A DNA stretch of 64,000 bases from Malacoraja senta (GCA_038087875.1 JAXLNO010001226.1:1-64000); one strand, 5' to 3'; shown: positions 46,622 through 61,399, numbered from the stretch's first letter. Numbers and translations are program-made. The notes: generated by a model from the sequence alone, not told the origin.

Positions 46622-49600
46622 GTAAGATGGAAAAATTGTGATGCACTGTTGCTAGTAAAGGTATTGGGCTTGAAGAAATGATCGATCTCAAGTAGGATAA
46701 GGCAGCAGCTACACCTGAAATGCCTCGACAGTCACCACTGTCAACTAGCCTTTGTGCTGTTGTTAAATGTTTCTGATAATCAGATATTTAAAAATTGTGA
46801 ATTCAGTGTAAAAAAATGTTATACATTATGGATTCACTGCCCCAAATCCTAGAAATATCAATGAGTCATTAAAAAGTACAGCATGCAAGCAGTCCTTTCG
46901 GCCCACCGTGTCCATGCCAACCACCAACCACCTGTTCTCATGAATTCTATCTCATTGCACCTTCTCATCCAGTCACCCACCCACTAGGGGCAATTTACAG
47001 TGGCCAATTAAACTATAAACTGACACATCTTAGGATGTGTGAGGAAACCGGAGCCCCTGGAGGGATCCAATGCGGTTACACGGAGAACGTGCAAACTCCA
47101 CATAGATGGCACTCAAGGTCAAAATTGAACCCGGGTCTGTGTCGCTGTGAGGCAGCAGCTCTACGAGTTGTGACACTGTGCTGCTCTGTTGGGGGCTCGC
47201 ACTGTTCATGATCCAAGTCAGCTATGAGGCAGATTGGTTGCAGTTTAACATTTACTAGTTTTGTTTAGTTTAATTTAGAGATACAGTGACGAAACAGGTC
47301 CTTAGGCCCACCGAGTCTGAGCTGAACAGCGATCCCCGCACATTAACACTATCCTATACACGCACACCATGCCAATTAACCTACATACATGTACGTCTTT
47401 GGAGTGTGGGAGGAAACCTTAGATCTTGGAGAAAACACACGCGGTCATGGGGAGAACGTACAAACTTTGTACAGACAGCATCAGTAGTCGGGATTGAACC
47501 CGGGTCTCCGGTGCTGCAAGCCCTGTAAGGCAGCAACTCTACCGCTGCACACAGTAGCTGCCACCAAGGCCGCTGTTGCTGGAAAACTCAAAATTAAGTG
47601 GGAATGTGAGTAGTGGGAGAAATGGTTCAAGGTGGAAAGCCGAATGAATGAGCAACAACATGACAGGTGGACTGCAAGGTGAAACAGGACATCACAGAGC
47701 CAGAGACCTGAATTAAATACCGACATCGGCTGTTGTATCTGTAGAGTTTGCATGTTGTTCCTGTGACCATGTGGGTTTCCCCAGGTGCTCTGGTTTCCTC
47801 CCACATCCCCAAAACATTGTTTGGTAGGTTGTCCCCTAGATTGTGCATGATACAATGTGGGGAGAGCTGATGAGAATGTGGGACAAATGTAGGATTAGTG
47901 TACATGAATGGTTGGTGCAGGTCAGTGGGACAAAGGCCATGTTTGTATGCTGCATATTTCCATGACTCTTTATGATGTAGTAAGATGCGGACTATTTTTG
48001 ATTTATAAGATTGGGAAAGACTGTGAGGGACAGTGCTATAGTAACTCAGCAGGTCAGGCATCATCCCTGGAGACCATGGATAGGTGAAAATCTGGTTCGA
48101 GACTCTTCAGGCAAATTACAATGGGTATTCCTCTGCTTAAGTCTGATAGTAGTGTACAGATGCACCTCAACCACTGACTTGCTCAACAAGTGCTTAAATT
48201 AGTTGAATTAAAGTATGTTTGGAGTAACATGCAGCAGTCCTTAAAATCTACCATTTCCCAAATCCCAAGAGAGCTGGATGATCAGGGTTTTAGTGTAAAT
48301 TCAGTCATCTATATCACTGGTTTCCTGCCTGTGATCACACTGTTGTAAGAGATATTCTGGTGATGAATTGCAGTTCACTTTCCTCCTGTGTAAAGGAGTT
48401 ATTGTGTTGAATATAACAAATGGAAGGGAAAGTCAGTGTAGGATTTAGAGTTTGTACGTAATGCAGCATGGTAGTGCAGCTGGTAGAACTGCTGTCTCAC
48501 AACGCCAGAGACCCAGGTTCAATCTGGACCTCGGGTACTGTCTACGTGGAGTTTGCACGTTCTCTTGTGACTATGTGGGCTTCCTCAGGGAGCTCCGGTT
48601 TCCTACCATATCCCAAAGATGAGCAGGTGTGCAGGTAACCATCCTCGGTAAGTCACCCTGACAGTGTAGGGATGGGAATCTATTATGAATGGGTGATTGC
48701 TGGTTAGTATGGATTTGGTGGCACAAATGGCCTGTTTACACACTGTATCACTGTTTTCAAGAGAGAGTTAGATTTAGCTCTTAGGGCTAAGGGAGTCAAG
48801 GGATATGGGGAAAAAGCCAGATCGGAGTATTAATTTTGGATGATCAGCCATGATTGTATTGAATGGCGGTGCTGGCTCAAAGGGCCGAATAGCTTATTCC
48901 TGCACCTATTTTTTTATGTTTCTATCTTTCTATTAAATAAACTAAATTGGAAGACAGAAGGTATTGACTGATGCATCTTCACGCCAGTTGTAAATGTCAT
49001 AAACTGTGAGAATTGATTGCAAATGTTATACAATATTATAAACTAAACTGGGTGATCAAAATGACAAGATGGATGAAGAGCAGAGTTTTCATTGAAATAA
49101 CAGACGTGCAGCTTTCTCGAGCACTTGGCCTTGGTTGTGTAATATTTCCTCTTCAAAATACAATGTTCCCAGGCATTGCTGGTCTAAGACACCATTCAGC
49201 AAGTATATTTCCTGAAATTGAGATTCTGCTTTCATGGTATCAAGATGTCTAACAGCTCCAGCACCCAGATCAGAACCTTGCCAAAACTAAGAATGCAGCA
49301 ACAATTTAGTCATTGAACATCAACGACATGCATATTTGAACTGAGGCAATGGTTAGCTTATTATCACTGTAAACCAGTCATGGTCATGGGTCTGCCATTG
49401 TGGTCACTATTAGTGAGGGTGATTAACTATCATTTAGCAGTGAAACGGAAAAGAATTGGCTTTTCAAGCCCACAGAGCCATAGAGTCATACGTCATGGAA
49501 ATGGGCCCTTTGCCTCAACTTGGCCATGTCAACCAAGATGCCATGTTTAAACTACAATTTTCCTGCAATTGACCCATATCTCACTGAACCTTTCCTATCT

Positions 49601-49995
49601 ACAGAATGTACTTGTCCAAGTGTGTTCTAAATGTGTTTTAATACCTGCCTCAACTCCTTCCCCTGGAATGTTCTTCCATATTTCCACTTCCTCTGGTTCC
49701 GAGTAACTCGTTTCCTTCTCACCTTAAACCTAAGTCCTCTGGTTCTTGATGACACAAGGCTGGTTAAAAGATTCTGTGCATTCAATCTATCTATGCTCCT
49801 TGATTTTATAAACTTCTATAAGATCACCCCTCAGCCTCTTGCGTGCCAAGGACTAAAGTCCAAGCATTCTCATCCTCTCCCTGAATCACAGGCCCTGTTA
49901 ATGACATCCTTCCGATAGTGGAGTGACCAAAACCTAACACAATACTCCAAATGTGGCCTCACCAACATCTTGTACAACTGTAGCAGAACATCCCA

Positions 49996-52900
49996 ACTTT
50001 TTTATTCAGTACCTTTCTTTTAAAATCTTTTTATTGTTTTTTTTCCAAAAAACAAAAACAAAAATAAAACATAAAAAACAGAGCAAAAAGAATAATGATA
50101 AACATAACAATGGTATTGATACATAGGGATCAGGATTAAACACATTAATAACAGGTATAAACTAATATGAGACCAGTGTCAAAATACACAATGAATATAG
50201 ACCTCTCGGTCCCTATGTAAATATAGTTAAATCTTTAAAAGGAAACATAAATGTAAAAAAAAGCAAAGATAAAAAGACAAAAAGAAAAAGAAAAAACAAA
50301 ACCCCCCTAAACTAAAATTTTTTTTTTTAATTGATAATAATAAAATAAGAATAAAATAGATAAATAAAACAAAACAGAGCAAAACCGAATCTGAACTGAG
50401 AAATTCAACAATTTAAGTCTGTTTGTCGTCAAGTCCGTTCCACCCTATGAAGGTAAAATAATTTTTATAACGGTTAAAGAGGGATCAATTTATGTCATAT
50501 GAAAGTGTTCAATAAATTCTCCCCAAGTCTTATCAAATTTAACCAAGGGTTTACCAATGTCACTTCTGATTTTTTCTAAATTTAAACATGATATCGTTTC
50601 AGAATACCACTGGAGTGTGGTCGGAGGGTTGGAATCTTTCCATTTAAATAAAATAAATCTTCTGGCAATGAATGTAGTAAAAGCAATCAACCGATGGGCG
50701 GAGTGGGACAAATGAATAGAATCTAACATTGGTAACCCAAAAATTGCAGTAATAGGATGAGGTTGTAAATCTATACCTAAGACTACCGAAATAGTATCAA
50801 AAATGTCTTTCCAATATTTTTCCAAAAGAGGGCAGGACCAAAACATATGGGTCAGTGATGCCACTTCAGAGTTACATCTGTCACAGGTAGGATTTATATG
50901 ACCATAAAAACGAGCTAACTTATCTTTTGACATATGAGCTCTGTGGACCACCTTGAATTGTATCAAAGCGTGTCTTGCACACATTGAAGAGGTATTAACT
51001 AATTGAAGGATCCTCTCCCATTTCTCTATAGATAAAGACATTTGGAGTTCTCTTTCCCAGTCATTCTTAATTTTATCAAATGTATCTATTTGTAATTTTA
51101 AAATCAACTCATGAATAATCGTTATTAATCCTTTCTGATAAGGGTTCAACTGTAAAACAAATCCCAAATTTCGGGTTGATGTGGTAGCGGAAAAAGGGGT
51201 AGTTCCTATTGTCTAATTTGTCAATATCTAAAAAAGTGTGAATTAGTTAAGTTATATTTATTGGAGAGTTGTTCGAAAGACATAAAACAACCCTCCAAAA
51301 ACAAATCACGAAAAGCTACTAATCCCTTCCTCTTCCATAACAAAAAAACTTGATCAGTCCTAGATGGTTGGAAGAGAAATTTGGATAAAATCAGATAGTC
51401 CAAAAAACTTACGAAATTGAAACCGGATTCGGAACGTATGTCTTATTATTGGGTTCGTCATATATTTATTCAATCTCGTAATTGTAAAAGATAACGAGGT
51501 CCCTAGAATAGAAGCCAATTATAGCCCTTGTAAGGAATCACGTTCTAGGTTTATCCATCCAGGACATTGGGTATCTTCTAAATCTTTTGTCCAAAATATT
51601 AAATAACGAACATTGACTGCCCAATAGTAGAGTCTAAGGTTCGGCAATGCCAAACCACCAACTTTTTTTGATTTCTGTAGGTATTTTTTACCTAGTCTGG
51701 GAGTTTTAGTCTGCCATATATATGAAGAAATTTTAGAGTCTATAATATCAAAGAAAGATTTGGCAATAAAAATTGGTATCGTCTGAAATAAATACAGAAA
51801 TTTAGGTAAAATGAACATTTTAATAGCATTGATTCGGCCAATTAAGGATAAGGACATTGGTGACCATTTAGTGAACTGATGTTTAATATGGTCAATTAAA
51901 GGAATAAAATTAGCTTTAAATAAATCCTTGTGTTTCTTGGTGATCTTAATACCTAAATAAGTAAAACGTTCGGTAGTCAATCTAAATGGAAACTGTCCAT
52001 AACTCGAAACAAAATTATTTAATGGGAAAGCTCACTCTTACTAAGATTTAGTTTATAACCAGAAAAACTACTGAATTGATTAAGTAATGCTACTATTGCC
52101 GGAATAGATTTCTCAGGGTTAGAAATAAATAATAACAGATCATCTGCATAAAGAGATAGCTTATGTGTCTTATTCCCGCGGATAATACCAAAAATATTAG
52201 GGGATTCCCTAATAGCAGTGGCTAAGGTTTCCAAAGCAATATCAAATAGTAAAGGACTTAAGGGACAGCCCTGTCTCGTACCTTGAAAGAGCCTGAAAAA
52301 AGGGGATCTCTGATTATTAGTAAATACAGAAGCCTGAGGTATAAGATATATCAGTTTGATCCAAGAGATAAATTTTGGACCAATCTTAACTTTTTCAAGT
52401 ATATTGAATAAGTATTCCATTCTACTCTATCAATAGCCTTCTCGGCATCAAGTGAGATGACACTTTCTGGGGTTTTATTAGACGCTGTATATACAATATT
52501 TATTAATCTCCTAACATTAAAGAATGAGTAACGATTTTTAATAAAACCTGTCTGATCTTCAGAGATAATTTGCGGTAAAATCTTTTCCAATCTCATAGCT
52601 AATATTTTGGAAAGAATTTTAAAATCTACTTTTAACAGTGATATAGGTCTATATGATGTCACTTCAGTAGGGGCTTTATCTTTTTTTTAAATTAAAGAAA
52701 TAGAAGCTTCATAAAAAGATTGTGGTAATCTATTCCTTAAAAAGGCTTCTTTAAATACCTTGCATAGCCATGGAGACAATAAATTTGAGAAATGCTTTAA
52801 AAATTCTACTGTAAACCCATCTAAACCGGGAGCTTTACCAGAATTCATTGAAAAAATTGCTTTCTGTATTTCTTCCGTGATGGGTTCATCTAACAACAGA

Positions 52901-55900
52901 GACTCATTGTATGGTAAATTTGGTAAGTTCAGTTTCTTTAAAAACTCATGCATTATATTGGAATCAGTAGGAAAATCTGATTGGTATAGGGAGGTATAAA
53001 ATTCCTGAAAGGATTTATTAAGTTCGTCATGGTCTACAGTTACTGTACCATCCCGTTTACACACTTTTGTAATCTGACGCTTGGCCAACACTGCTTCAAT
53101 TGATTAGCAAGTAATTTACCAGATTTTTCGCCATTTATATAAAATTGACTTTTGGTTTTAAGTAACTGGTTCTCAATCGGTGATACTAATAACAAATCAT
53201 ATCTCAATTGAAGTTCAACTCTATTCTTATAGAGCTCTAAACTAGGAGCTTTTGAATATTTTGTATCAATTTCTTTAATCTCGTCAGCCAATGTGCGTAT
53301 TTCTTTTTGTGTTTGTTTTTTTAATCCCGCGGAGTATGAAATAATTTGTCCACGAATATATGCCTTAAAAGCATCCCAAACTATACCATTGGATATCTCT
53401 TCATTAGAGTTTGTCAAGAAGTAAAAAGCAATCTGATCTTTCATAAACTTAATAAAGTTTAAGTCTTGAAGCAAAGTAGCATTAAATCGCCATTGTTTAG
53501 CACTAAACTTGGAATCAGGTAGTTTGATCAATAGTTTCACTGGTGCATGATCAGAAATAGCAATTGTATCATACTCACATGCAATGACGGATGGAACTAG
53601 CCGAGAATCTAGTGTAAAATAGTCGATCCTAGAATAACTATGATATACATGAGAGAAAAATGAAAATGTCATTTGCGTGTAAGAATCTCCAAATTTCTAA
53701 CATTCCCGAGTCAAGTAAAAAAGAATTAATAAAATTAGCTGATTTATTTGGAAGCACATGATCAGATGTAGACCTATCAATCGAGGGATTCAAACAGCAA
53801 TTGAAGTTTCCACCCATTATTAAAAAGTGTTCATTTAAATTGGGAAATGATGCAATTAACTGTTTAAAAAACTCAGGGTGGTCAATATTTGGTGCATAGA
53901 CATTCACCATATGACTTTTTGCCTATAAAGGACACTGGTAATCACCAAGAATCTGCCATATGGATCAGAAATTGTTTCATCGTGAACAAACGGAATTGAG
54001 GAGTCAATAAAAACAGAGCTCCTTTCACCTTAGCCTGTGAATTTGAATGAAACTGCTGTCCTCTCCAAAACTTGAAAAATCGTGACTTGTCATCTTGCCT
54101 TACATGAGTTTCCTGAACAAAGATAATCTGAGCATTTAGTCTGTGAAGAACTTTAAAAATAAATTTCCTCTTAATGGGATGGTTCAAGCCATTCACATTT
54201 CATGAAAGGAAATTAGTAACTTTATCCATATTGCTTGTAAAAAATCATGTGGGATGTAATGGGTTAATTTCTTGAAGCCTAAAAGCTCATAATACTGGAA
54301 GAAGAAAAATCTAGGGTGGAGCCAGAAGTGACGATATTTCAGCCAATTTTGTAGTTCAGAATTTGCACAAATGGAGATCACAAAATAGGGAACAAAAGAC
54401 CCCTCCCCCCACCCCCCTCCCAGCCCTGTAGAACCCCAAACAGACCAAAAGACAGTCAGCAAACTACCTAATCCCCTCCCCAATCCCATCTCTCCCAGTA
54501 ACAGCGCTCAGCATAAAATGAATAATATTTAACCACTACATCATAACACATTTGTTATTATCTCTTTGAGAGAGAAGGAAAAAAAATACAGACTGGCATG
54601 GAATGCTGCTTATTATTATCCAAGGTCAAAATATGAAAAACAAGAACTGCGTTCTCTTAGTTTGTCTAACGACAGGGGAACACGAATTAACAAAGAAATT
54701 CTTAAAAGAATATATATAAAAGAAAAACAACTCGTCCAGTTAAATTCTTAATCATTACCAAATGAAATGTTGTCAAAATAGGAACAGTAAATCTCCAATT
54801 ATAACTTAATCAGCTATCAATTACTCCCCTTCCTCGTCGTAGCTCTTCAGACGCAGCTGGAGGCGTCTTGAGGACTGTTAAAAAATCGAAAGTTACCATT
54901 GAAAAGCCGAATACGCAATCTAGCTGGAAATAATAGAGCTGGGCGCAGTTTTTTCTTATACAAATCAGACATTACATTATAAAAAGTCTTTCTTATTTCC
55001 AAAAGCTCATAACTATAATCAGGGACAAACCGAAACTTATATCCTTCATATTCAACCACACCCAACTTTTTTGTAGCCTGGAGAATATTCTTCTTCATTT
55101 GAAAAAAATGAAACCGAATGATCAAGTGTCTCGGTTTATTACCGGATTTCTTCCCAATCCTGTGTGCCTTATCCATGAATGGAAGGTTTTCATTGTGCTC
55201 AATGTTGAATGTTTCCTTTATCATTTTAGAAGCATATTTTATAACGTTATTTCCTTCTTGGCCTTCCGGCAAACCAACAATTCGTAAATTCAAATGACGG
55301 CTTCTGTTTTCTAAGTCCATATTTTTAGACTTGTATTGCTGAAGTGTTTTCATTCATTCTCCGTTCCAATTTTTTAATCTTCAAATCTCTCTCCTGTCCC
55401 AGGGTGCGCAAGATATCAATTTGATCCTTTTGTTCACGAAGTTCATCTTGTAACAAAGAGTTTTCCTTGGACTTCCTTCAAAGTAGTGGTTGGGGATGGC
55501 ATCAAACAGGAAATTAGAAATGCGTGCAACAAAGGTAAAACAGTTATAATGGGTGACTTCAATCTACATATAGATTGGGTGAATCAAATTGGCAGGGGTG
55601 CTGACGAAGAGGATTTCTTGGAATGTATGCGGGATAGTTTTCTAAACCAACATGTAGAGGAACCAACGAGAGAGCAGGCTATTCTAGATTGGGTATTGAG
55701 TAATGAGGAAGGGTTAATTAGCAGTCTTGTTGTGCGTGGCCCCTTGGGCAAGAGTGACCATAATATGGTTGAGTTCTTCATTAGGATGGAGAGTGACATT
55801 GTTAATCCAGAAACAAAGGTCCTGAACTTAAAGAAAGGTAACTTTGAGGGTATGAGAAGTGAATTGGCCAAGATAGACTGGCAATTGATTATTAATGGGT

Positions 55901-58410
55901 TGACGGTAGATATGCAATGGAAGGCATTTAAAGACTGCATGGATGAACTACAACAATTGTTCATCCCACTTTGGCAAAAAAATAAATCAGGGAAGGTAGT
56001 GCATCCGTGGATAACAAGGGAAATCAGGGATAGTATCAAAACAAAAGATGAAGCGTACAATTTGCCAGAAAAAGCAGCCTACCAGAGGACTGGGAGAAAT
56101 TCAGAGTCCAGCAGAGGAGGACAAAGGGCTTAATTAGGAAAGGGAAAATAGATTATGAAAGAAAACTGGCAGGGAACATAAAAACTGACTGCAAAAGCTT
56201 TTATAGATATGTGAAGAGAAAAAGATTAGTTAAAACAAATGTAGGTCCCTTGCAGTCAGAAACAGGTGAATTGATCATGGGGAACAAGGACATGGCGGAC
56301 CAATTGAATAACTACTTTGGTTCTGTCTTCAATAAGGAAGACATAAATAATCTGCCGCAAATAGCAGGGGACCGGGGGTCAAATGAGATGGAGGAACTGA
56401 GTGAAATCCAGGTTAGCCGGGAAGTGGTGTTAGGTAAATTGAATGGATTAAAGGCCGATAAATCCCCAGGGCCAGATAGGCTGCATCCCAGAGTACTTAA
56501 GGAAGTAGCCCCAGAAATAGTGGATGTATTAGTGATAATTTTTCAAAACTCTTTAGATTCTGGAGTAGGTCCTGAGGATTGGAGGGTAGCTAATGTAACC
56601 CCACTTTTTAAAAAGGGAGGGAGAGAGAAAATGGGGAATTACAGACCAGTTAGTCTAATGTCGGTAGTGGGGAAACTGCTAGAATCAGTTATTAAAGATG
56701 GGATAGCAGCACATTTGGAAAGTGGTGAAATCATTGGACAAAGTCAGCATGGATTTATGAAAGGTAAATCATGTCTGACGAATCTTATAGAATTTTTCGA
56801 GGATGTAACTAGTAGAGTGGATAAGGGAGAACCAGTGGATGTGTTATATCTGGACTTTCAGAAGGCTTTCGACAAGGTCCCACATAAGAGATTAGTATAC
56901 AAACTTAAAGCACACGGTATTGGGGGTTCAGTATTGATGTGGATAGAGAACTGGCTGGCAGACAGGAAGCAAAGAGTAGGAGTAAACGGGTCCTTTTCAC
57001 AATGGCAGGCAGTGACTAGTGGGGTACCGCTATGGCTCAGTGCTGGGACCCCAGCTATTTACGATATATATTAATGATTTGGACGAGGGAATTGAATGCA
57101 ACATCTCCAAGTTTGCGGATGACACATCGCTGGGGGGCAGTGTTAGCTGTGAGGAGGATGCTCGGAGGCTGCAAGGTGACTTGGATAGGCTGGTTGAGTG
57201 GGAAAATGCATGGCAGATGCAGTATAATGTGAATAAATGTGAGGTTGTCCACTTTGGCGGCAAAAACAGGAAAGTAGACTATTATCAGAATGGTGGCTGA
57301 TTAGGAAAAGGGGAGATGCAACGAGACCTGGGTGTCATGGTACACCAGTCATTAAAAGTAGGCATACAGGTGCAGCAGGCAGTGAAGAAGGCGAATGGTA
57401 TGTTAGCATTCATAGCAAAAGGATTTGAGTATAGGAGCAGGGAGGTTCTACTGCAGTTGTACCGGGTCTTGGTGAGACCACACCTGGAGTATTGCATACA
57501 GTTTTGGTCTCCTAATCTGAGGAAATACATTCTTGCCATAGAGGGAGTACAGAGAAGGTTCACCAGACTGATTCCTGGGATGTCAGGACTTTCATATGAA
57601 GAAAGACTGGATAGACTCGGTTTGTACTCGCTAGAATTTAGAAGATTGAGGGGGGATCTTATAGAAACGTACAAAATTCTTAAGGGGTTGGACAGGCTAG
57701 ATGCAGGAAGATTGTTCCCAATGTTGGGGAAGTCCAGGACAAGGGGTCACAGTTTAAGGATTAAGGGGAAATCCTTTAGGACCGAGATGAGAATTTTTTT
57801 TTTCACACAGAGAGTGGTGAATCTCTGGAACTCTCTGCCACAGAAGGTAGTTGAGGCCAGTTCATTGGCTATATTTAAGAGGGAGTTAGATGTAGCCCTT
57901 GTGGCTAAAGGGATCAGGGGTATGGAGAGAAGGCAGGTACAGGATACTGAGTTGGATGATCAGCCATGATCATATTGAATGGCGGTGCAGGCTCGAAGGG
58001 CCGAATAGCCTACTCCTGCACCTCTTTTCTATGTTTCTATGTTTCTAATTTGGTCGAAACTCCTTTCACCATTTCTTCCAAACTGCCAAATCTTGTTTTC
58101 ATTTCATTTTTCAGCTCATTTTTCAATTCATAGTTCATTTTCGATATTGCTTCTATGATGCTGGAATCAGAAGCTGCAGCTGTGGTTGTGGCTTTTCCCC
58201 AGTTCCTTCTTTGGGGATCCTCCTTTCCTTCTTGTCTCCATCCTTTTCATGATTAAGGCGTGTAAAAGTGTTATCAACACTTTATGAACAGTTAGACGGT
58301 GTCTTGAAGTCAAATAGTCACCAGTAACATTGAAAGAGTAGTCAGTGGAAGTTAAAAGTTAAGGGAGCAAACGAGTTTGCAACCTTACAGCATGCTGCTG
58401 CTAGGAGAGT
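49996..58410 (-). mobile_element. L1/Tx1-clade LINE (ORF2 fragmented), with ORF1 interrupted by a CR1 insertion
   Basis: EN 53942-54196, 53638-53910 and 53040-53672; RT 52351-52662 and 52019-52420; C-terminus 50490-51167; ORF1 54847-55353; probable ORF1 start and 5' UTR at about 58047-58410. Confidence 0.9.
55486..58046 (+). mobile_element. CR1 LINE, 5'-truncated within the endonuclease, frameshifted
   Basis: ORFs 55486-56133, 56211-57074, 57019-57300 and 57316-57969; (tttctatg) tail. Confidence 0.95.
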
Positions 58411-59580
58411 CTAGTTATTGACATGTTATTGATGTTCATGATTATTCTGTTCTTTGTGCCTGGCCATTTTGACTTTGTCACATTTTACTTGGTTTATGAT
58501 ATTGTACAAGATTTGCAATCACACCTCCAAATTGACTAAAATTATCCCAATTAACTAAATGCCTACTATGGCATTTAACTTATTGCATTATATTCAGTGC
58601 AGGGTAGAAGCTGCAGTTTTTTAAAAGGGCAAGATTTTATTACATACTATGTGGTGTGTGCCTGGAAAGCACTGCCAGGGATGGTGGCGTCTGGGGTGCA
58701 CCTTCGTGGGTGCATGGAGATGCAGGGGTTTGAGGGACATGAATCATTTGCAGGCAGATGCTGCCTAACTGGTGTCTGTCCGACTGATCTGGAGGGATCT
58801 GATGGTCAGGCAGGGAATATTTCCAGTGACCCAATGGTGCTGAGTTCGCTGAATTTTACGGTGAATGGGAATGCCCCTGTAATAGAGGAACAGGTCCTTT
58901 GTCCAACAACGTTTGTGCTGAACATGACGCAACCTGAGGCAGAGTGGCGCTGCTGATAGAGCTGCTGCCTCAGTGCGTCATAGACATCAGTTCAATCATA
59001 ACCTCGGTTGTCGGCTGTGTGAAGTTTGCATGTATTCCCTATGACCGCATGGGTTTCCACTGTCCTCCAGTTTTCACACACATACTAAAGATGCCAGGTT
59101 TATGGGTTAATTGGTCTCTGTAATTTGACCCTAGTGTGGAAGCGAAAGTTAGATAACATAGAACTTGTGTGAACGAAACTATTTGAAGGAGTATTGAGTT
59201 TTTTGTTTAGTTTAGAGAGAGAGCATTGAAACAGACACTTCGGCCCCACTGAGTCCGCACCAACCAACGATCACCCACATAAGCTAGGAACACAAGTCAA
59301 TTAACCTACAAACCTGCACATCTGTCTTTGGAATGTGGGAGGAAACTGGAGCACCTGGAGAAAACCTATGCAATCACAGGGAGAAGGTACAAATTCCGTA
59401 CAGACATCACCCGTGGTCAGGATCAAACCCAGGTGTCTGGCGCTGTGCCTTTATAACTGGAAGGAAGATGTTATGTGGGATGAATCAACAGTTAAAGCGA
59501 ATAAACTAGTTGCATCTTTCTGAGTTCTGTTCTCTGCTATGCCATTTCTTTGTTGTCTAATATTTAATTTCCCTCCTCAG

Positions 59581-59621
59581 ATTATCAAAATATTCAACCA
59601 AAGCAGAACGTGCACTGCTAA
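59581..59621 (+). CDS. Terminal cytoplasmic-tail exon of the MHC class I-like gene: (D)YQNIQPKQNVHC*
   Basis: Strong acceptor (branch-like ctaat, then tttaatttccctcctcag|). The phase-1 join to the TM exon gives GAT; stop taa at 59619-59621; AATAAA at 59674-59679. Confidence 0.65.
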
Positions 59622-60600
59622 CCAATCGCTGAGTAGAATGATTTCATGGATGTGATTAAAATGCAGGAACTGAAATAAATGGAAAGAGTTAAATTAAGTT
59701 TATCAAACATGACAGAAATTCTCAATAGACTGCCCTGCATTTGTACAAATTAGAGCTATCTAGCAATTTATGTTGATAACAGCTGATATGACTGAGGCCT
59801 CAACTCCTTTACTGTGCTTATTCCACATAAGACACAATTCCCTGGTCTTTTAGAATATATCCACGCATTATCCATCAATTCACCACCACATCATGCCTCT
59901 TTAATACATTCATAAGGTTAACTCTGTTTCTTGTCATCTCCAAGGGACACAGAACCAGTGATTTCAGCCATTCATGGTTAGGCAACACTTGCTTATTCCA
60001 GAAATCTCTTCTAGCTGATATCAAATATTAATATATCCTTTCTTAAATTTGAGGACCAAGCTGTGCACAGTGCTCCTGGTTTGTCCTTAGCAACATCATG
60101 TACTATAATTACAATAGTAACCTACCTTTGAATGCTAATTACCTTCTGAGTTGTGTGCTGCATCTACCTGCTGGCTTTTTGTTTTGCACTTTAAACACTT
60201 GAATCTCTTGTACTCCACTCATTTGCCATCTCACTCCATTTAGATAATAGCTTCCTTTGAATTGCTCTTACCAGAGTGTGTGAGCACATATTTTCCATCA
60301 TTAAACTCCAATTGCCATGTTTATGTTCATCTAACAAAGAGTCATAGAGCCATATAGCATGGAAGCAGGTAGTTCAGCCTAATGCTCCAAGCTGAACAAA
60401 ATGCTACATTTAGGTTAGTCACATTTGCCAGCGTTTGGCCCACTTTCCTCTCAACATGTTCTATCCATGTACCTGTCCAAGTGTCTTTTCAATGTTGTGA
60501 TTCTGCCTTCGCTGGCAGCTCATTCCATACACCCAGTAACCTCTTAGTAGAAAAGGTTGCCTCTCAGGTTCCTACTAAATCATCCTCCTCACTTTAAACC

Positions 60601-61246
60601 CAGGGGTGCAGTGCTGCCGGAGCTCACCTGAGCACCGATCCGGCACCTCTGTTAAAGAAAAAATAAACAGGGTGGAATTTTAACTAGCGGATGTGTGGTC
60701 GGGGTAACCTGATTAAAAGAGGGGTAAGGGGAAGATCCATCACTACTGAGGTTCCCTGTAGGAGGAGGGGAACACTATGATGCAGCAGAGTCAGACCACG
60801 CGATGTGTGCATCGTTTGTGGTTGTGGGCCTGGAGCTGTGCCTGGAACTCTGGTGGGTGGGTGAGTGGGTGGGTGTGTAGGTGAATGGGTGTGTGTGTGA
60901 GTGTGTGTGAGTGTGAGGGTGTGTGTGAAGGCCCAGAGCTGCAGGATAGCCAGGGCGAGTCGGTATCTTGCCGGCACCTCTGTAAAAATACATGATAACT
61001 GTCTTTCTTTACTTGCTTCATAATTATATTTCATGATAATCAGTGAGTGCAACCGTGCAATATTTTGTCATAATTAAATTAAATATGATATGTTTTAATG
61101 TACTAGCTATACACTGGGATGTAGTAATAGGCTATAATCTTGTTTGATCCTCTAGGGAGACTAGCTTGCCCCCCCCCCCCCCCAGCAAAATCTGACATGC
61201 CCCTGTTTGACAGCTCCGACACCTAAAAAATTAGCATTGAACACTG
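60601..61246. mobile_element. MITE-like insertion in an old CR1(-) remnant
   Basis: Starts caggggtgc and has ...tgcccctg near the end; the host sequence ttaaacc is duplicated either side. Confidence 0.45.
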
Positions 61247-61399
61247 CTTAAACCTGTTTTTGCTGGTTCTTGATTACCCTACCCTGGGTAAAATAAATCC
61301 TGATCAATCGCCCTCATGATTTTAGAAAGCTCTCTAAGCACCAATTAAATGGTTTCAATTATAGATAGAGTAAGACTTTGTGGTTATTTCCAACAAGAA

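Noticed and set aside
55486-58046. Any CR1 or L1 copy as currently retrotransposition-competent
   Set aside because: Every ORF2 in the window is truncated or broken by stops or frameshifts, although some indels could be sequencing errors.
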